NCBI GenBank assembly: GCA_008932965.1
Contig: WBXG01000009.1
Span: 1-32,000, forward strand
Source of the DNA: Verrucomicrobiota bacterium
Lineage (GTDB): Bacteria > Verrucomicrobiota > Verrucomicrobiia > Chthoniobacterales > UBA6821
DNA length: 32,000 nucleotides
Direction of reading: 5' to 3'
A program made the translations under genes and the position numbers. Each line of letters starts with the position of its first letter. Position 1 is the first letter of the stretch. The notes beneath the pieces are model-generated. The model was not told where the DNA came from. It searched no databases and saw nothing but the letters and a program-made list of their open reading frames with translations. Positions 8,524 through 17,894 of the stretch are shown here, one piece after another.

Positions 8524-10677
8524 GTGACTAAAAAGAAATCTTCCTCATCGCCTAAGCCACTAGCCTCACTCAAAGGAAAAAGTCCCTCATTAAAAAAGCA
8601 AGTGGTGAAAAAAAGTAGTGTTTCAAAAGTTATCACAAAAAAAATGATTCCTATAAAGAAGCCTCTATCTAAGAAGCTGCTACCGGCTCTCAAAAAACCA
8701 GTGAGCCCTAAAAAAGTCTCTCCAGCTTCTAAAAAGAAGATATCTCCAAAGAAACCCTTGCCACGATCCACTAAGGTTACAAAGAAACCAACCTTACAAG
8801 TGGTCAAAAAAGTTTCCAAAAAAAAATTACCTCCCCTAAAAGTCTCGTCTAAAAAAAGTGCATTAAAGCCATTCGTGGTACATCAGGAAGAAAAAAAGGG
8901 TCATTCTTCAGTCGAAAAAAAGCCCACTGATAAAACAGTTAAAGAAAAGAAACCGTTAGAAGAGGCTTTTACTCATTCAAACTCTGAAGTAAAAGCTCTT
9001 TTTATTAAGAGCGATGCTGCTCCTAAAAACCCTGCAGAAGCTCAAAAGCTGCTACAAGAAAAAGTCCGTGAGCTCCTGAAATTAGCAAAGGAGCAAGGAT
9101 ATATAACCTTTGAAGATCTCGAGGAACATCTGCCAACGGGAATGAATAATCCCGAAACAGTTGAATCCATTTTGACCCAACTTCGCATTGTAGAAATAGA
9201 TATTATTGATTCCTCTGATGTTGATCGTGTCAAAGAGATCAAGAAATCGGATGATGATGATGACAAGGACGACAAGGATGAAAAATCGGATGGGCGTCTT
9301 GATATTTTAGATGATCCTGTACGCATGTATCTAAAACAGATGGGGCAAGTTCCCCTTCTTACACGTGAGCAAGAAGTAGAAATTTCCAAACGTATTGAAC
9401 AGGCACAAACAGAAATGCAAAATGTTCTCTACCAATTCGGCTTTGTGGCCCATGCACATATTGATTTAGCACAACGGCTACTGGATGCTCGAGAGCGCTT
9501 TGATCGCGTGATTCTCGATAAAAAAATTGAAAGTCGCGAACGCTATTTAAAAACACTACCTCGTTTGTGTCAACAGCTCCAACGCCTTGCTTCTGAGACC
9601 TCGCTCATTTACAGCAAAAAAATTAATGCCAAAAAAGATCCACCTCCTAAAGACATCAAGGAAATGGAAAAACAGATTGAGGAAATTAACAAACTTTACC
9701 CTCGGTTTTATTTCAAACAGAAGATCACTGAAGATTTTGTTACCGTAGCGGACGACCACATTCGTTTGTTGCAGGAATTGCGTCTAGAGCATGAAAACCA
9801 TATTAAAACACCGAGCCCCACATCGCGTCGTTTGATTCAGGCTATTGTTGCTCAACGAGAGGAACATCATCATCGCAACTGGATGTCAACGGAGCACTTT
9901 GAACTGCAGCATCGAGATCTTAAGAAACATTTTCGTTCTGCCTTGCGTGCTAAGACAGAAATGGTCGAAGCAAACCTTCGTCTTGTTATTTCTATTGCAA
10001 AAAAATATACAAACAGAGGTCTTTCATTCCTTGATTTGATTCAAGAAGGAAACATGGGGCTCATGAAGGCTGTAGAAAAATTCGAGTACCGTCGCGGGTA
10101 TAAATTTTCTACCTATGCAACATGGTGGATTCGTCAAGCGATTACTCGTTCTATTGCAGATCAGGCACGTACTATTCGTATTCCTGTGCATATGATTGAA
10201 ACGATTAATAAATTGATACGAGTGCAAAAGCAGCTTGTTCAAGAATATGGTCGTGAGCCAACCCCTGAAGAAATTGCAGATGAAATCCAGCTTCCTGTAG
10301 AGCGTGTTCGAGCTGTTCTTAAAATGGCCCAACAGCCTATCTCACTGCAGGCACCTGTTGGTGATAGTGATGATACAAGTTTTGGTGATTTCATTGAGGA
10401 TAAATCAGCAGAGAACCCTGCTGATATGGCAGCAATTGTACTACTCAAGGATAAAATTAAAGATGTTCTAGATTCATTAACAGAGCGTGAGCGCCAAGTA
10501 TTAGAACAGCGTTTTGGTCTCGTTGATGGATACTCACGAACGTTAGAAGAAGTTGGAAAACAATTTAAGGTGACGCGTGAACGTATTCGACAGATAGAAG
10601 CAAAGGCTCTTCGCAAAATGCGCCATCCAACACGCCTTCGCCAACTCGAAGGTTTCCTGGAGCCGAAAGACGTTTAA
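8524..10677 (+). CDS. rpoD: Primary RNA polymerase sigma factor (sigma-70) with a ~150-codon Lys-rich N-terminal extension
   Basis: Region 2 reads [39 protein letters not shown]. Regions 3 and 4 read [14 protein letters not shown]...[28 protein letters not shown]. It sits immediately downstream of dnaG, the classical dnaG-rpoD arrangement. The start is a GTG. Confidence 0.9.
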   Translation: MTKKKSSSSPKPLASLKGKSPSLKKQVVKKSSVSKVITKKMIPIKKPLSKKLLPALKKPVSPKKVSPASKKKISPKKPLPRSTKVTKKPTLQVVKKVSKKKLPPLKVSSKKSALKPFVVHQEEKKGHSSVEKKPTDKTVKEKKPLEEAFTHSNSEVKALFIKSDAAPKNPAEAQKLLQEKVRELLKLAKEQGYITFEDLEEHLPTGMNNPETVESILTQLRIVEIDIIDSSDVDRVKEIKKSDDDDDKDDKDEKSDGRLDILDDPVRMYLKQMGQVPLLTREQEVEISKRIEQAQTEMQNVLYQFGFVAHAHIDLAQRLLDARERFDRVILDKKIESRERYLKTLPRLCQQLQRLASETSLIYSKKINAKKDPPPKDIKEMEKQIEEINKLYPRFYFKQKITEDFVTVADDHIRLLQELRLEHENHIKTPSPTSRRLIQAIVAQREEHHHRNWMSTEHFELQHRDLKKHFRSALRAKTEMVEANLRLVISIAKKYTNRGLSFLDLIQEGNMGLMKAVEKFEYRRGYKFSTYATWWIRQAITRSIADQARTIRIPVHMIETINKLIRVQKQLVQEYGREPTPEEIADEIQLPVERVRAVLKMAQQPISLQAPVGDSDDTSFGDFIEDKSAENPADMAAIVLLKDKIKDVLDSLTERERQVLEQRFGLVDGYSRTLEEVGKQFKVTRERIRQIEAKALRKMRHPTRLRQLEGFLEPKDV

Positions 10678-10813
10678 CTCGGATATTTCATACTGATTGT
10701 GATGAGAAGATTGCTAAGGCTGATGGATCATGCTTTAGAATAACATTCTGGCTCGGGATGTATGTAGACTATGACCAGCATCTCAATGCTTGCCTGCGTT
10801 GACTCGCTTGCTC
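10677..10813 (+). mobile_element. MITE-like element copy M3 (3'-truncated), abutting M4
   Basis: It starts actcggatatttcatactgat on the rpoD TAA. The internal part aligns with M9 (gatggat..tttaga...tatgta...gcctgcgttgactcgcttgctc). It ends at TA 10814-10815, where M4 begins. Confidence 0.75.
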
Positions 10814-10815
10814 TA

Positions 10816-11075
10816 ACCCGCTTATTTCATACCGATTCTGCTGCAGCTTGCGAACACCTGATGGATACTGCGTCAGCTTCGAATTGCTCCTCGGGCAGTA
10901 TGAAACATACAGCCGTCGTCGCAATCCATCTCCTTCGTTGACTCGCTCGCTCCCGCTCGTCTCGCCCCTTTTAGTGCTGCCTAAAGGCAAGTCTCCACCG
11001 CGGTCTCCCGACCGCCGGTGGTGCCCCATCTGCCTTTGTGGCCTCATTGTTACGATCGGTATGAAATATCCAGAC
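10816..11075 (+). mobile_element. MITE-like element copy M4 (260 bp long variant with extra GC-rich module)
   Basis: Left end acccgcttatttcataccgattctgctgcagcttgcgaacacctgatggat. Right end ttacgatcggtatgaaatatccagac followed by TA. It contains the palindromes ACCGCGGT and accgccggtggt. Confidence 0.9.
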
Positions 11076-11162
11076 TAAATTGTTTCACTGAGGTAAGAGC
11101 CAAAGCCAGACAATTGCGATTGATAATTGCACTTAATCTTACAATGAGGTAATAATGACCAA

Positions 11163-13781
11163 ATGTATTTTTCAACTGAGATTAGAAATTATTTTTTTGG
11201 AATCTGTAACAAAAAATGTTTCTTCATTAGGTTTCTAGCGCTTCTTTTTCTTCCCTTTTGTTTATTAAGTTCTCTTAGGTCAGAAAACTCCGGTGATCCT
11301 GCTCAAGAATTTCTTATTGCCTACCAAAACTTTCAGCAGGCAGAGCGTCTTGAGCGTGCTGGAAAACAGAGTGAAGCCATTACGAAATATCAATATTCAG
11401 AAGGTATCCTCAAGGCTCTAAGCACTAATAATCCCGACTGGCAACAGCCTGTTGTTGATTATCGGTTGCATAAAGTAAGGGATAGTCTTGCACGTCTCAA
11501 CGCTACTGTGCACCAAACAACCTCGGACCATGATGAGTCCTTTGAAAAAACCCCTTTCCAAGAGGGGCCTGCCAATAACTACAAGCCCTCCGGCAAGAGT
11601 ATTTCTGACACTAAAGAAGAACAGAACTTAAAGGAAGGCCCTAGTATCTCCATTACCCCTCCTTCAACAAAAAAAAATCTTCCTAATCCTCAAATTGCTC
11701 AACTTCAACAACAGCTTCAAAAATCAGAATTAGAGCTCAAAAAAGTGCTGCAAAATCTCCATGATAAAACCATTGAACTTGATCACTCTAAGGTTGTTAT
11801 TATCGACATGAAGTCTCAGCTAGAGAAAACAGAACGGCAAGTTTCCGATTTAAAGACTGATCTTTCAAAAGCAAATCTACGTGGAATGCAGCGCGAAGAG
11901 GCACTACAGCAATCTGTAAGAACATTAGAAAGCAAATTAGATGCTCTTACAGCGGAGCAAGAGATTGTTTTAGAGGAAAACAAACAATTGCAAGATCACT
12001 TAAATCAAGCAGAGGCTTCGCTTACTGCAGCAATGGGTGCAAGGCAACATTTAGAGGATTTGCAATTAGAGGTGAACAAAGAAAAAAATAATGCTGCTTT
12101 GCTGCACCAGAAACTTCTTATCTCTCAGAGTGAGTATAAAGCAACCAGTGAGCTGAACAGTACGCTTAAAAAACAACTTTTAGAAGCTAATGCATCACTG
12201 ACTCAATCTGAAAAACAAGCAAAGGAAGCAAGTGCTTTGCGTATCCAGCTCGATAACCTTCGTGCTGATGATGCCTCTTTACAAGCACAGATTAGTGCAA
12301 TGAATAAGGATCAACAGGAAAATTCTAATCACCTGAAGGAGGTTGCTCAAACAGCACAATGCGAGTACCAGGTGTTAGAAACTAAAAAAATAGAAATTGA
12401 AAAAAAACTCTCTGAGGCAAATGAAAAAATAAAAAAACTAGAGAATAATTTACTGCATCAAGATGCAATGGAGGAAGAGATCGCTCACTATAAAAAAGAA
12501 CTCCAGGAGAGTTCCCTGAAATTAATAGATCAAGAAAAGAAAATTACTGAATTAGAGAAAGCGAAGCCAGAAAATGATCAAATTTTGAACGCAAAAGAAA
12601 AAGAACTGGCCTTTGAGCGTCTTAATTCTGAAAAGCTCCTCAAAGATCTTGCTACTGCAACTCAGAAAATATCAGTTCTGCAGGAAGAGGTGCACCTCAA
12701 GGATGATCATTATAGCGAGCTCAAAAAACAATTGGATAGTAAAAGTGAAGAGCTCTTAGCGATTCAGAAAAAAGAAGATCCTTATCAGATAGACGAGAAT
12801 GCTATTGTTGAAAATCAATTACTCAAAGGCATTGTTATTCGTGCATTGAAAGCAGAAGCAAAACGACAGCAAATCAAAAAACTTATCACCGATGACCTCC
12901 AAAAACTTAAAGTGAATTCTGTGACCCTATCCAATGAGCTAAAAAGATTAGCAAAACCTATGAAGCTGACTCCCGATGAAAAAGCTCTATTCAAAGATGT
13001 TCCTACGCTACCCACTTCTTCGGTAACTGAAGAAGAAGAGAATGATGATTTCTTAATGCTCGCAGCAGTTGCTACTAAAAAAGAAGACCATTCGAATTTA
13101 AAAGAAGAGTCAGCTCACTCACAGAATTCTCCTTCAGCGACTTCTAATATCACTCAAGAAGATAAAAGTGCTGATCACAGTTCTAATAATGTTGGTCCTG
13201 TAAATGGAAAAAATAATGCTGAAACTTCACAAAAACATCGTGAATTAATTGCTGCTGCGAAAGAAGAGTTTGAGCATCACAACTATTTTGAAGCAGAAAA
13301 AAAATTCCAGGATGCAATCACAATCTCCCCTGATGACTACTTAACACTTTCTAATTTAGGTGTGGTTCAATTTCAACTTGGTAAAATGGCTGAGGCTGAA
13401 TCTGTACTAAAAAAGGCTGTAGCATTAGATCATAAAAAATCTTTTGCACTCACGACGCTTGGAATTGTGGAATATCGTCAAGAAAAAATGAGTGAGGCAG
13501 AGAAGGATTTAAGGGAAGCTATCGCGATTAATGATCAAGATTTTACAGCGCATAATTACTTGGGAATTGTACTCGCAGCATCGGGTAAGGGAAAAGCTGG
13601 TGAAAGTGAAATCATGAAGGCTTTGGAGATTAATCCACAATATGCTGATGCTCATTTTAACTTAGCTGTGATTTATGCAACGAGTATGCCTCCAGCAAAA
13701 GAGATAGCAAAATCCCACTATCAAAAAGCGATTGGATTGGGCGCTCCCACAGATGTATCTCTTGAAAAGATACTAAATTAA
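11163..13781 (+). CDS. Secreted or membrane-anchored coiled-coil protein with C-terminal TPR repeats (872 aa)
   Basis: Hydrophobic N-terminus (FIRFLALLFLPFCLLSSL). A long Q/E/K/L-rich heptad-like central region. The C-terminal TPR-like repeats read YFEAEKKFQDAITISPDDYLTLSNLGVV..., ALEINPQYADAHFNLAVIY. Confidence 0.65.
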   Translation: MYFSTEIRNYFFGICNKKCFFIRFLALLFLPFCLLSSLRSENSGDPAQEFLIAYQNFQQAERLERAGKQSEAITKYQYSEGILKALSTNNPDWQQPVVDYRLHKVRDSLARLNATVHQTTSDHDESFEKTPFQEGPANNYKPSGKSISDTKEEQNLKEGPSISITPPSTKKNLPNPQIAQLQQQLQKSELELKKVLQNLHDKTIELDHSKVVIIDMKSQLEKTERQVSDLKTDLSKANLRGMQREEALQQSVRTLESKLDALTAEQEIVLEENKQLQDHLNQAEASLTAAMGARQHLEDLQLEVNKEKNNAALLHQKLLISQSEYKATSELNSTLKKQLLEANASLTQSEKQAKEASALRIQLDNLRADDASLQAQISAMNKDQQENSNHLKEVAQTAQCEYQVLETKKIEIEKKLSEANEKIKKLENNLLHQDAMEEEIAHYKKELQESSLKLIDQEKKITELEKAKPENDQILNAKEKELAFERLNSEKLLKDLATATQKISVLQEEVHLKDDHYSELKKQLDSKSEELLAIQKKEDPYQIDENAIVENQLLKGIVIRALKAEAKRQQIKKLITDDLQKLKVNSVTLSNELKRLAKPMKLTPDEKALFKDVPTLPTSSVTEEEENDDFLMLAAVATKKEDHSNLKEESAHSQNSPSATSNITQEDKSADHSSNNVGPVNGKNNAETSQKHRELIAAAKEEFEHHNYFEAEKKFQDAITISPDDYLTLSNLGVVQFQLGKMAEAESVLKKAVALDHKKSFALTTLGIVEYRQEKMSEAEKDLREAIAINDQDFTAHNYLGIVLAASGKGKAGESEIMKALEINPQYADAHFNLAVIYATSMPPAKEIAKSHYQKAIGLGAPTDVSLEKILN

Positions 13782-13920
13782 CCCGAATATTTCATACCGA
13801 CCTATTGCGAAGATGGGAAAATTAGACGGATACTGCGTTAGAGTCATATTTTGACTTAGGCGATGGGGACTCATATAGCTCGGCATCACAATACTTCTCC
13901 CACCGTATACGAATACGTTT
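13781..13920 (+). mobile_element. MITE-like element copy M5 (left end intact, right end decayed)
   Basis: acccgaatatttcataccgac starts on the TAA of the TPR gene. The internal ttagagtcatattttgacttaggcgatgg matches M13. The right boundary is approximate. Confidence 0.7.
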
Positions 13921-13962
13921 TGAAGCGTTGCCCGATAATACGTCAATTTAAAATATTCAGGT

Positions 13963-15432
13963 TTAAAAAGTCATGCTTGCTCTCATTCCAACCACAAAGG
14001 CATTGGGATATGCTTGAGTGACTCCAGGATGAATGACGTATTGTATATCAGGTTGAACCGTGAACCATGGAGTGAGTTGAGCCTGATAGGTAAGTTCTAT
14101 GTCAAAAGCTGTATTTGCAGGAGAGGTTCCTTTGTTTTGTTGTATGGTGCTAATCCCTTGATTGCTGAGTAAACCATAAACAAATGCAAGACCAAGGAGA
14201 TCTTGATTTCTGGTAGGAATAATTCCTTTGTAGTTCAAACCCGAATCGCAGTAAAAGTTGAAAATATTGCGATCACCTGGTTCAAAAGCAATACGATGAA
14301 AAACTCCAAGACCTTGATCACTCTTGACCTCAGTAATTTTTATATCATTAGGTTTTGAATCACTTTGGTGAACGTTTTGATTGGGACAATAAACCTTTTG
14401 ATCAATGATTCCATAGATACCGTAGTTTCCAGGAAACGAATCATTTGGGTTACTAAAATTAGTAAATGTAGAAGAGCTAAACCAAGCACCTGCTTTGATT
14501 TTTCCGGGTAAGGTGCAGTGATAACGATAGGCTGCTTCTGTAAGATAAAGATATCCTTGGTTTGAATTCAGGTTCCAATCAAAACCGTGGTTATTCACAT
14601 TTTGTGGGTAGACATTTCCCTGAAAGAGAGCTGCTTTAAAGGAAAATTGATCATTCGGTTCCAACTTGAGACGTACTCCGGGAGCCCCAACTGGGTAGCC
14701 AGGCCCTCCATTTGGAATACTGGTAAAGATGAATGCAGGCCATCCAAGCGTGTTGTTGAGGAAGAGAGCTGCATAGTCAGAAATGACAAATTCCGAATCA
14801 GCATCCATCTGGCCTACACGCAGAGAAATTTTATCATCAAAAAATGTTTGCTCGAGCCAGAGCTCAATATTTCTAATGGTGCTATAACCGGTAATACTAG
14901 AGACCCCAAATATATCACCTACTAAATTTACTGATGGGTCTTGGCCATCTAGATAAAGCCAACGTGAGTAAAAGGTGCCACCTTTCCAATGAATGATTTT
15001 TTCTAAATTAACCGTTGTTGCCAACTGAAGAACAGAAGCGTAAACACTCCCCGTTTTCATTCCTCCTGTTGTGTTTCCCCAAACTTCATTAATGAAGGAA
15101 AAACCGAGATCGATTCCTTCTTTTGAAAGGGTATCTCTTACCCCAAACCAATCTCCTGTAGCATTATTCTTTTCCAACCATGGTTGAAACTTGCGAATAG
15201 ATTGATTTTGATCAGGCGTTGTTTCTAAACCAGCATCCAGATTGCTTTCCGGCATCTGAAGCTGATTTATATGAAACAAGGGATTGGGATCATCGTTATT
15301 AAGGACTGGGGAGAGGGGCTCTGCTTTGAGTGATTGGCTCACAAACAACATCACTAAAAATACAAAGAACAGTACCAATCTTGAAAAAACATCAGAGGTT
15401 ATAAGTACAAGCTTCATGAAAAAAATGAGCAC
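13963..15432 (-). CDS. Carbohydrate-selective porin, OprB family
   Basis: Signal-like N-terminus and a terminal aromatic residue (MTF). The OprB-like core reads IELWLEQTFFDDKISLRVGQMDADSEFVISDYAALFLNNTLGWPAF. The start could be the second ATG at 15417. Confidence 0.75.
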   Translation of the reverse strand: MLIFFMKLVLITSDVFSRLVLFFVFLVMLFVSQSLKAEPLSPVLNNDDPNPLFHINQLQMPESNLDAGLETTPDQNQSIRKFQPWLEKNNATGDWFGVRDTLSKEGIDLGFSFINEVWGNTTGGMKTGSVYASVLQLATTVNLEKIIHWKGGTFYSRWLYLDGQDPSVNLVGDIFGVSSITGYSTIRNIELWLEQTFFDDKISLRVGQMDADSEFVISDYAALFLNNTLGWPAFIFTSIPNGGPGYPVGAPGVRLKLEPNDQFSFKAALFQGNVYPQNVNNHGFDWNLNSNQGYLYLTEAAYRYHCTLPGKIKAGAWFSSSTFTNFSNPNDSFPGNYGIYGIIDQKVYCPNQNVHQSDSKPNDIKITEVKSDQGLGVFHRIAFEPGDRNIFNFYCDSGLNYKGIIPTRNQDLLGLAFVYGLLSNQGISTIQQNKGTSPANTAFDIELTYQAQLTPWFTVQPDIQYVIHPGVTQAYPNAFVVGMRASMTF

Positions 15433-15523
15433 TATCTGCTGTTCATAAAATTCACTCAGATTTCATCATTCCAAGAAGCTGTACCATTCACATCAATATT
15501 CTTGGTCAACATATTTTCTCTAA

Positions 15524-16264
15524 CTAATTTAGGAACTGTGGAATTTTTCCTAATCGTTTAGGATGAAGGCCTCTTTTTTTAGAGACGAGCCCGTTTTGAA
15601 CACAGTACTCAGAGATAGTGGCAACAATTTCACGTGCTGTACGACGGCGATCTATAGAAACACCACTACCCATGGCTCCCCCTACAGAACCTCCTGCATT
15701 AATAAGAACATTGGAGAGAACAAAGGGACCAATGGGAGTGAATGCAGCAGCAGCTCCAGGAGCTATTCCCGAACCTCCTGTTGTTTTTATACTTAACAAA
15801 ATAGGTTGATCTGATTGTTGGGAAAGATCGATAAGTTGAATATTTGTTTCCATTTTTGTTTTACCTAATCCTAATCCAATTCCTGCTCGTAAGAGTCGGC
15901 TCCCTTCCTGGACAGATTCAAAAGAGCCTTTGAGTAACCAGAAATTTCCATTAGGTGGTTTTTCTCCAGGTTCCAAAAGAACGGCAGGAGCAATATGTTT
16001 ATTGAGGCGAAGGATCAAATCATCTGCAAATTGAGTTCGCTCACTTTCAATGAGCTTAACAAGCTCTTTTCCTTTTCGATTCACCTGAAAGTGGAGCGTT
16101 GGAGCTTCAACTTTTTCAACATAAATCCGTTCAGGGAGTTTTGTTGGATGCATGCTACTAGGTTGAATATTATTCACGCTTACAGAAGCGCAGCTCATCA
16201 TTAATAAAGCGATGATGCTGATGATGAAATAACGAAGATAAAAGAGGAATAGAGAATGCTTCAC
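15524..16264 (-). CDS. Lipoprotein (DUF4410-like, tentative)
   Basis: The ORF track starts at 16381, but codons upstream of 16264 are read out of repeat copy M6. GTG 16264 gives MKHSLFLFYLRYFIISIIALLMMSC, a signal peptide with a lipobox-like Cys. A Gly-rich C-terminal half follows. Confidence 0.6.
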   Translation of the reverse strand: MKHSLFLFYLRYFIISIIALLMMSCASVSVNNIQPSSMHPTKLPERIYVEKVEAPTLHFQVNRKGKELVKLIESERTQFADDLILRLNKHIAPAVLLEPGEKPPNGNFWLLKGSFESVQEGSRLLRAGIGLGLGKTKMETNIQLIDLSQQSDQPILLSIKTTGGSGIAPGAAAAFTPIGPFVLSNVLINAGGSVGGAMGSGVSIDRRRTAREIVATISEYCVQNGLVSKKRGLHPKRLGKIPQFLN

Positions 16265-16288
16265 AATGAGAAAATAAAATCGAATAAA

Positions 16289-16463
16289 TGTGGATATTTC
16301 ATACCAATCACCTGCGGAGACCGAGAAGCTAGGTGGATAGTACGTTGATCTCGAAGTCTTCCTCGAGCAGTCTGTACACACAGCAATTATCAGACTTCAT
16401 CGCTCGCCTGGTCCCATCAGCCTTCGCGACCTCCTCGTCACGATCAGTATGAAATATCCGAGT
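16289..16463 (+). mobile_element. MITE-like element copy M6 (~175 bp)
   Basis: tgtggatatttcataccaatc...ccatcagccttcgcgacctcctcgtcacgatcagtatgaaatatccgagt followed by TA. It lies between the divergent lipoprotein and transporter genes. Confidence 0.9.
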
Positions 16464-16545
16464 TAAGAGGTTGAGGCTATAAGTTCCATATTTCTTTTAA
16501 AACTTTAAACTGTCATATCTCCAAAAATCTTTTCAGTATCAAGGA

Positions 16546-17808
16546 ATGAATACTGATCTCATCGTTATGATTCCTTTTGTCATTATGCTCCTAGCTGTAG
16601 CATTTATGCCCTTTGTACATAGCACTTGGTGGAACTTACATTTTAAAAAGGTTTCGTTCTTTTTAGCGGGTATCATTATTCTCTATTATCTCCTGGTACG
16701 ACATGATGTTCCACGGTTGTGTATTCTTTTGAGTGAGTATTTTAGTTTTATCGTTCTTATTGGATCACTTTTTTTGGTTACTGGGGGAATTTATTTACGT
16801 GTTCAGGGTGAAGCAACCCCACTGAGAAACACTATTTTTTTAATAGTAGGTTCCATCATGGCAGTTTTCATTGGAACCACAGGAGCCTCCATGCTTCTGA
16901 TTCGGCCTTGGATTCATAGTAACCGTTATCGCATTACTGCATTTCATATTATATTTTTCATTTTTATGATTAGCAATATTGGTGGATGTTTGAGTCCTAT
17001 TGGGGATCCCCCTCTCTTTTTAGGATATCTTCGTGGAGTCCCTTTTTTTTGGCTTTTTCAACATCTTTGGTTTGCTTGGCTGCTTTCCATGAGTTTACTT
17101 GCAGCCATTTTTTATTTTCTAGACAGAAAAAATTTTCTGAAAGCACCTCTCTCGGTTCGTACTTTTGAAACATATAACGAGGCTTGGACTTTTAAGGGTC
17201 TATTCAATCTTTTCTTTTTAGCAATAATTATTGGAGCGGTTTTTCTTCCTTCTCCATGGAGAGAAATAATGATGATTCTAGCTGCTTTGAGTTCTTATTT
17301 GTTAACTTCAAAAAATATTTTTGTAGCAAATAAATTTACATTTCATCCTATAGAAGAGGTTGCATGGCTTTTCTTTGGTATATTTGCCACAATGGTCCCT
17401 GTTCTTGATTACCTTGAAGAAAGAGTATCTCTCACTTCTTCTTATCCCGCGCTAAAACCCATCCATTTTTATTATTTAACAGGATTTCTTTCCACCTGCC
17501 TGGATAATGCACCTACCTACCTGGCATTGCTTCAACTCCATTTAGGAATGAATGGAATGAGTATAGAGAAAGTCAATGATGTCGCCTATGTTGCCATGAA
17601 CAATCCACAATTTCTTACTGCGATTGCTCTTGGAGCGGTTTTCTTTGGAGCAACTACCTACATTGGTAATGGTCCTAACTTTATGGTAAAAAGTATCGCG
17701 GAAGATGCAGAGATTCGTATGCCAAATTTTGTGCATTATATCTTGTGCTATTCGTTACCAATTTTAGCTCCTATCTTGTTTCTCATTGGATGGGTTTTTT
17801 TCCACTAA
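16546..17808 (+). CDS. Polytopic ion transporter (ArsB/NhaD/citrate-transporter superfamily, Na+/H+ antiporter-like)
   Basis: 420 aa, about 10-12 hydrophobic segments with a GDPP loop motif. The family call is tentative. The TAA stop is formed at the junction with repeat copy M7. Confidence 0.55.
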   Translation: MNTDLIVMIPFVIMLLAVAFMPFVHSTWWNLHFKKVSFFLAGIIILYYLLVRHDVPRLCILLSEYFSFIVLIGSLFLVTGGIYLRVQGEATPLRNTIFLIVGSIMAVFIGTTGASMLLIRPWIHSNRYRITAFHIIFFIFMISNIGGCLSPIGDPPLFLGYLRGVPFFWLFQHLWFAWLLSMSLLAAIFYFLDRKNFLKAPLSVRTFETYNEAWTFKGLFNLFFLAIIIGAVFLPSPWREIMMILAALSSYLLTSKNIFVANKFTFHPIEEVAWLFFGIFATMVPVLDYLEERVSLTSSYPALKPIHFYYLTGFLSTCLDNAPTYLALLQLHLGMNGMSIEKVNDVAYVAMNNPQFLTAIALGAVFFGATTYIGNGPNFMVKSIAEDAEIRMPNFVHYILCYSLPILAPILFLIGWVFFH

Positions 17809-17861
17809 CCCGGATATTTCATACTGATCGTGAGGAGGAGGCCGTGAAGGCTGATGGGCAA
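17808..17861 (-). repeat. MITE-family fragment M7 (right-end ~54 bp only, inverted orientation)
   Basis: acccggatatttcatactgatcgtgaggaggaggccgtgaaggctgatggg is the near-exact reverse complement of the M6 right end. It starts on the transporter TAA. Confidence 0.75.
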
Positions 17862-17894
17862 CCATACCCTGCTATCACTTCTTTTTAAGTTGCT

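Noticed and set aside
8514-8819. Track ORF 8514..8819 (-), 101 aa
   Set aside because: It is a shadow ORF antisense to the low-complexity Lys-codon (AAA/AAG) region of rpoD. The Phe/Leu-rich product comes from the TTT/CTT complement.
10769-11078. Track ORFs 10769..11047 (-) and 10848..11078 (+), 92 and 76 aa
   Set aside because: Both lie entirely inside repeat copies M3/M4. They overlap each other on opposite strands and have Arg/Ser/Pro-rich composition caused by the GC-rich module. Equivalent ORFs are not conserved in length across other copies.
16265-16381. N-terminal 39 codons of track ORF 15524..16381
   Set aside because: These codons are the reverse-strand reading of repeat copy M6. 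A GTG at 16264 gives a proper lipoprotein signal peptide, so the extension is treated as an annotation artefact.
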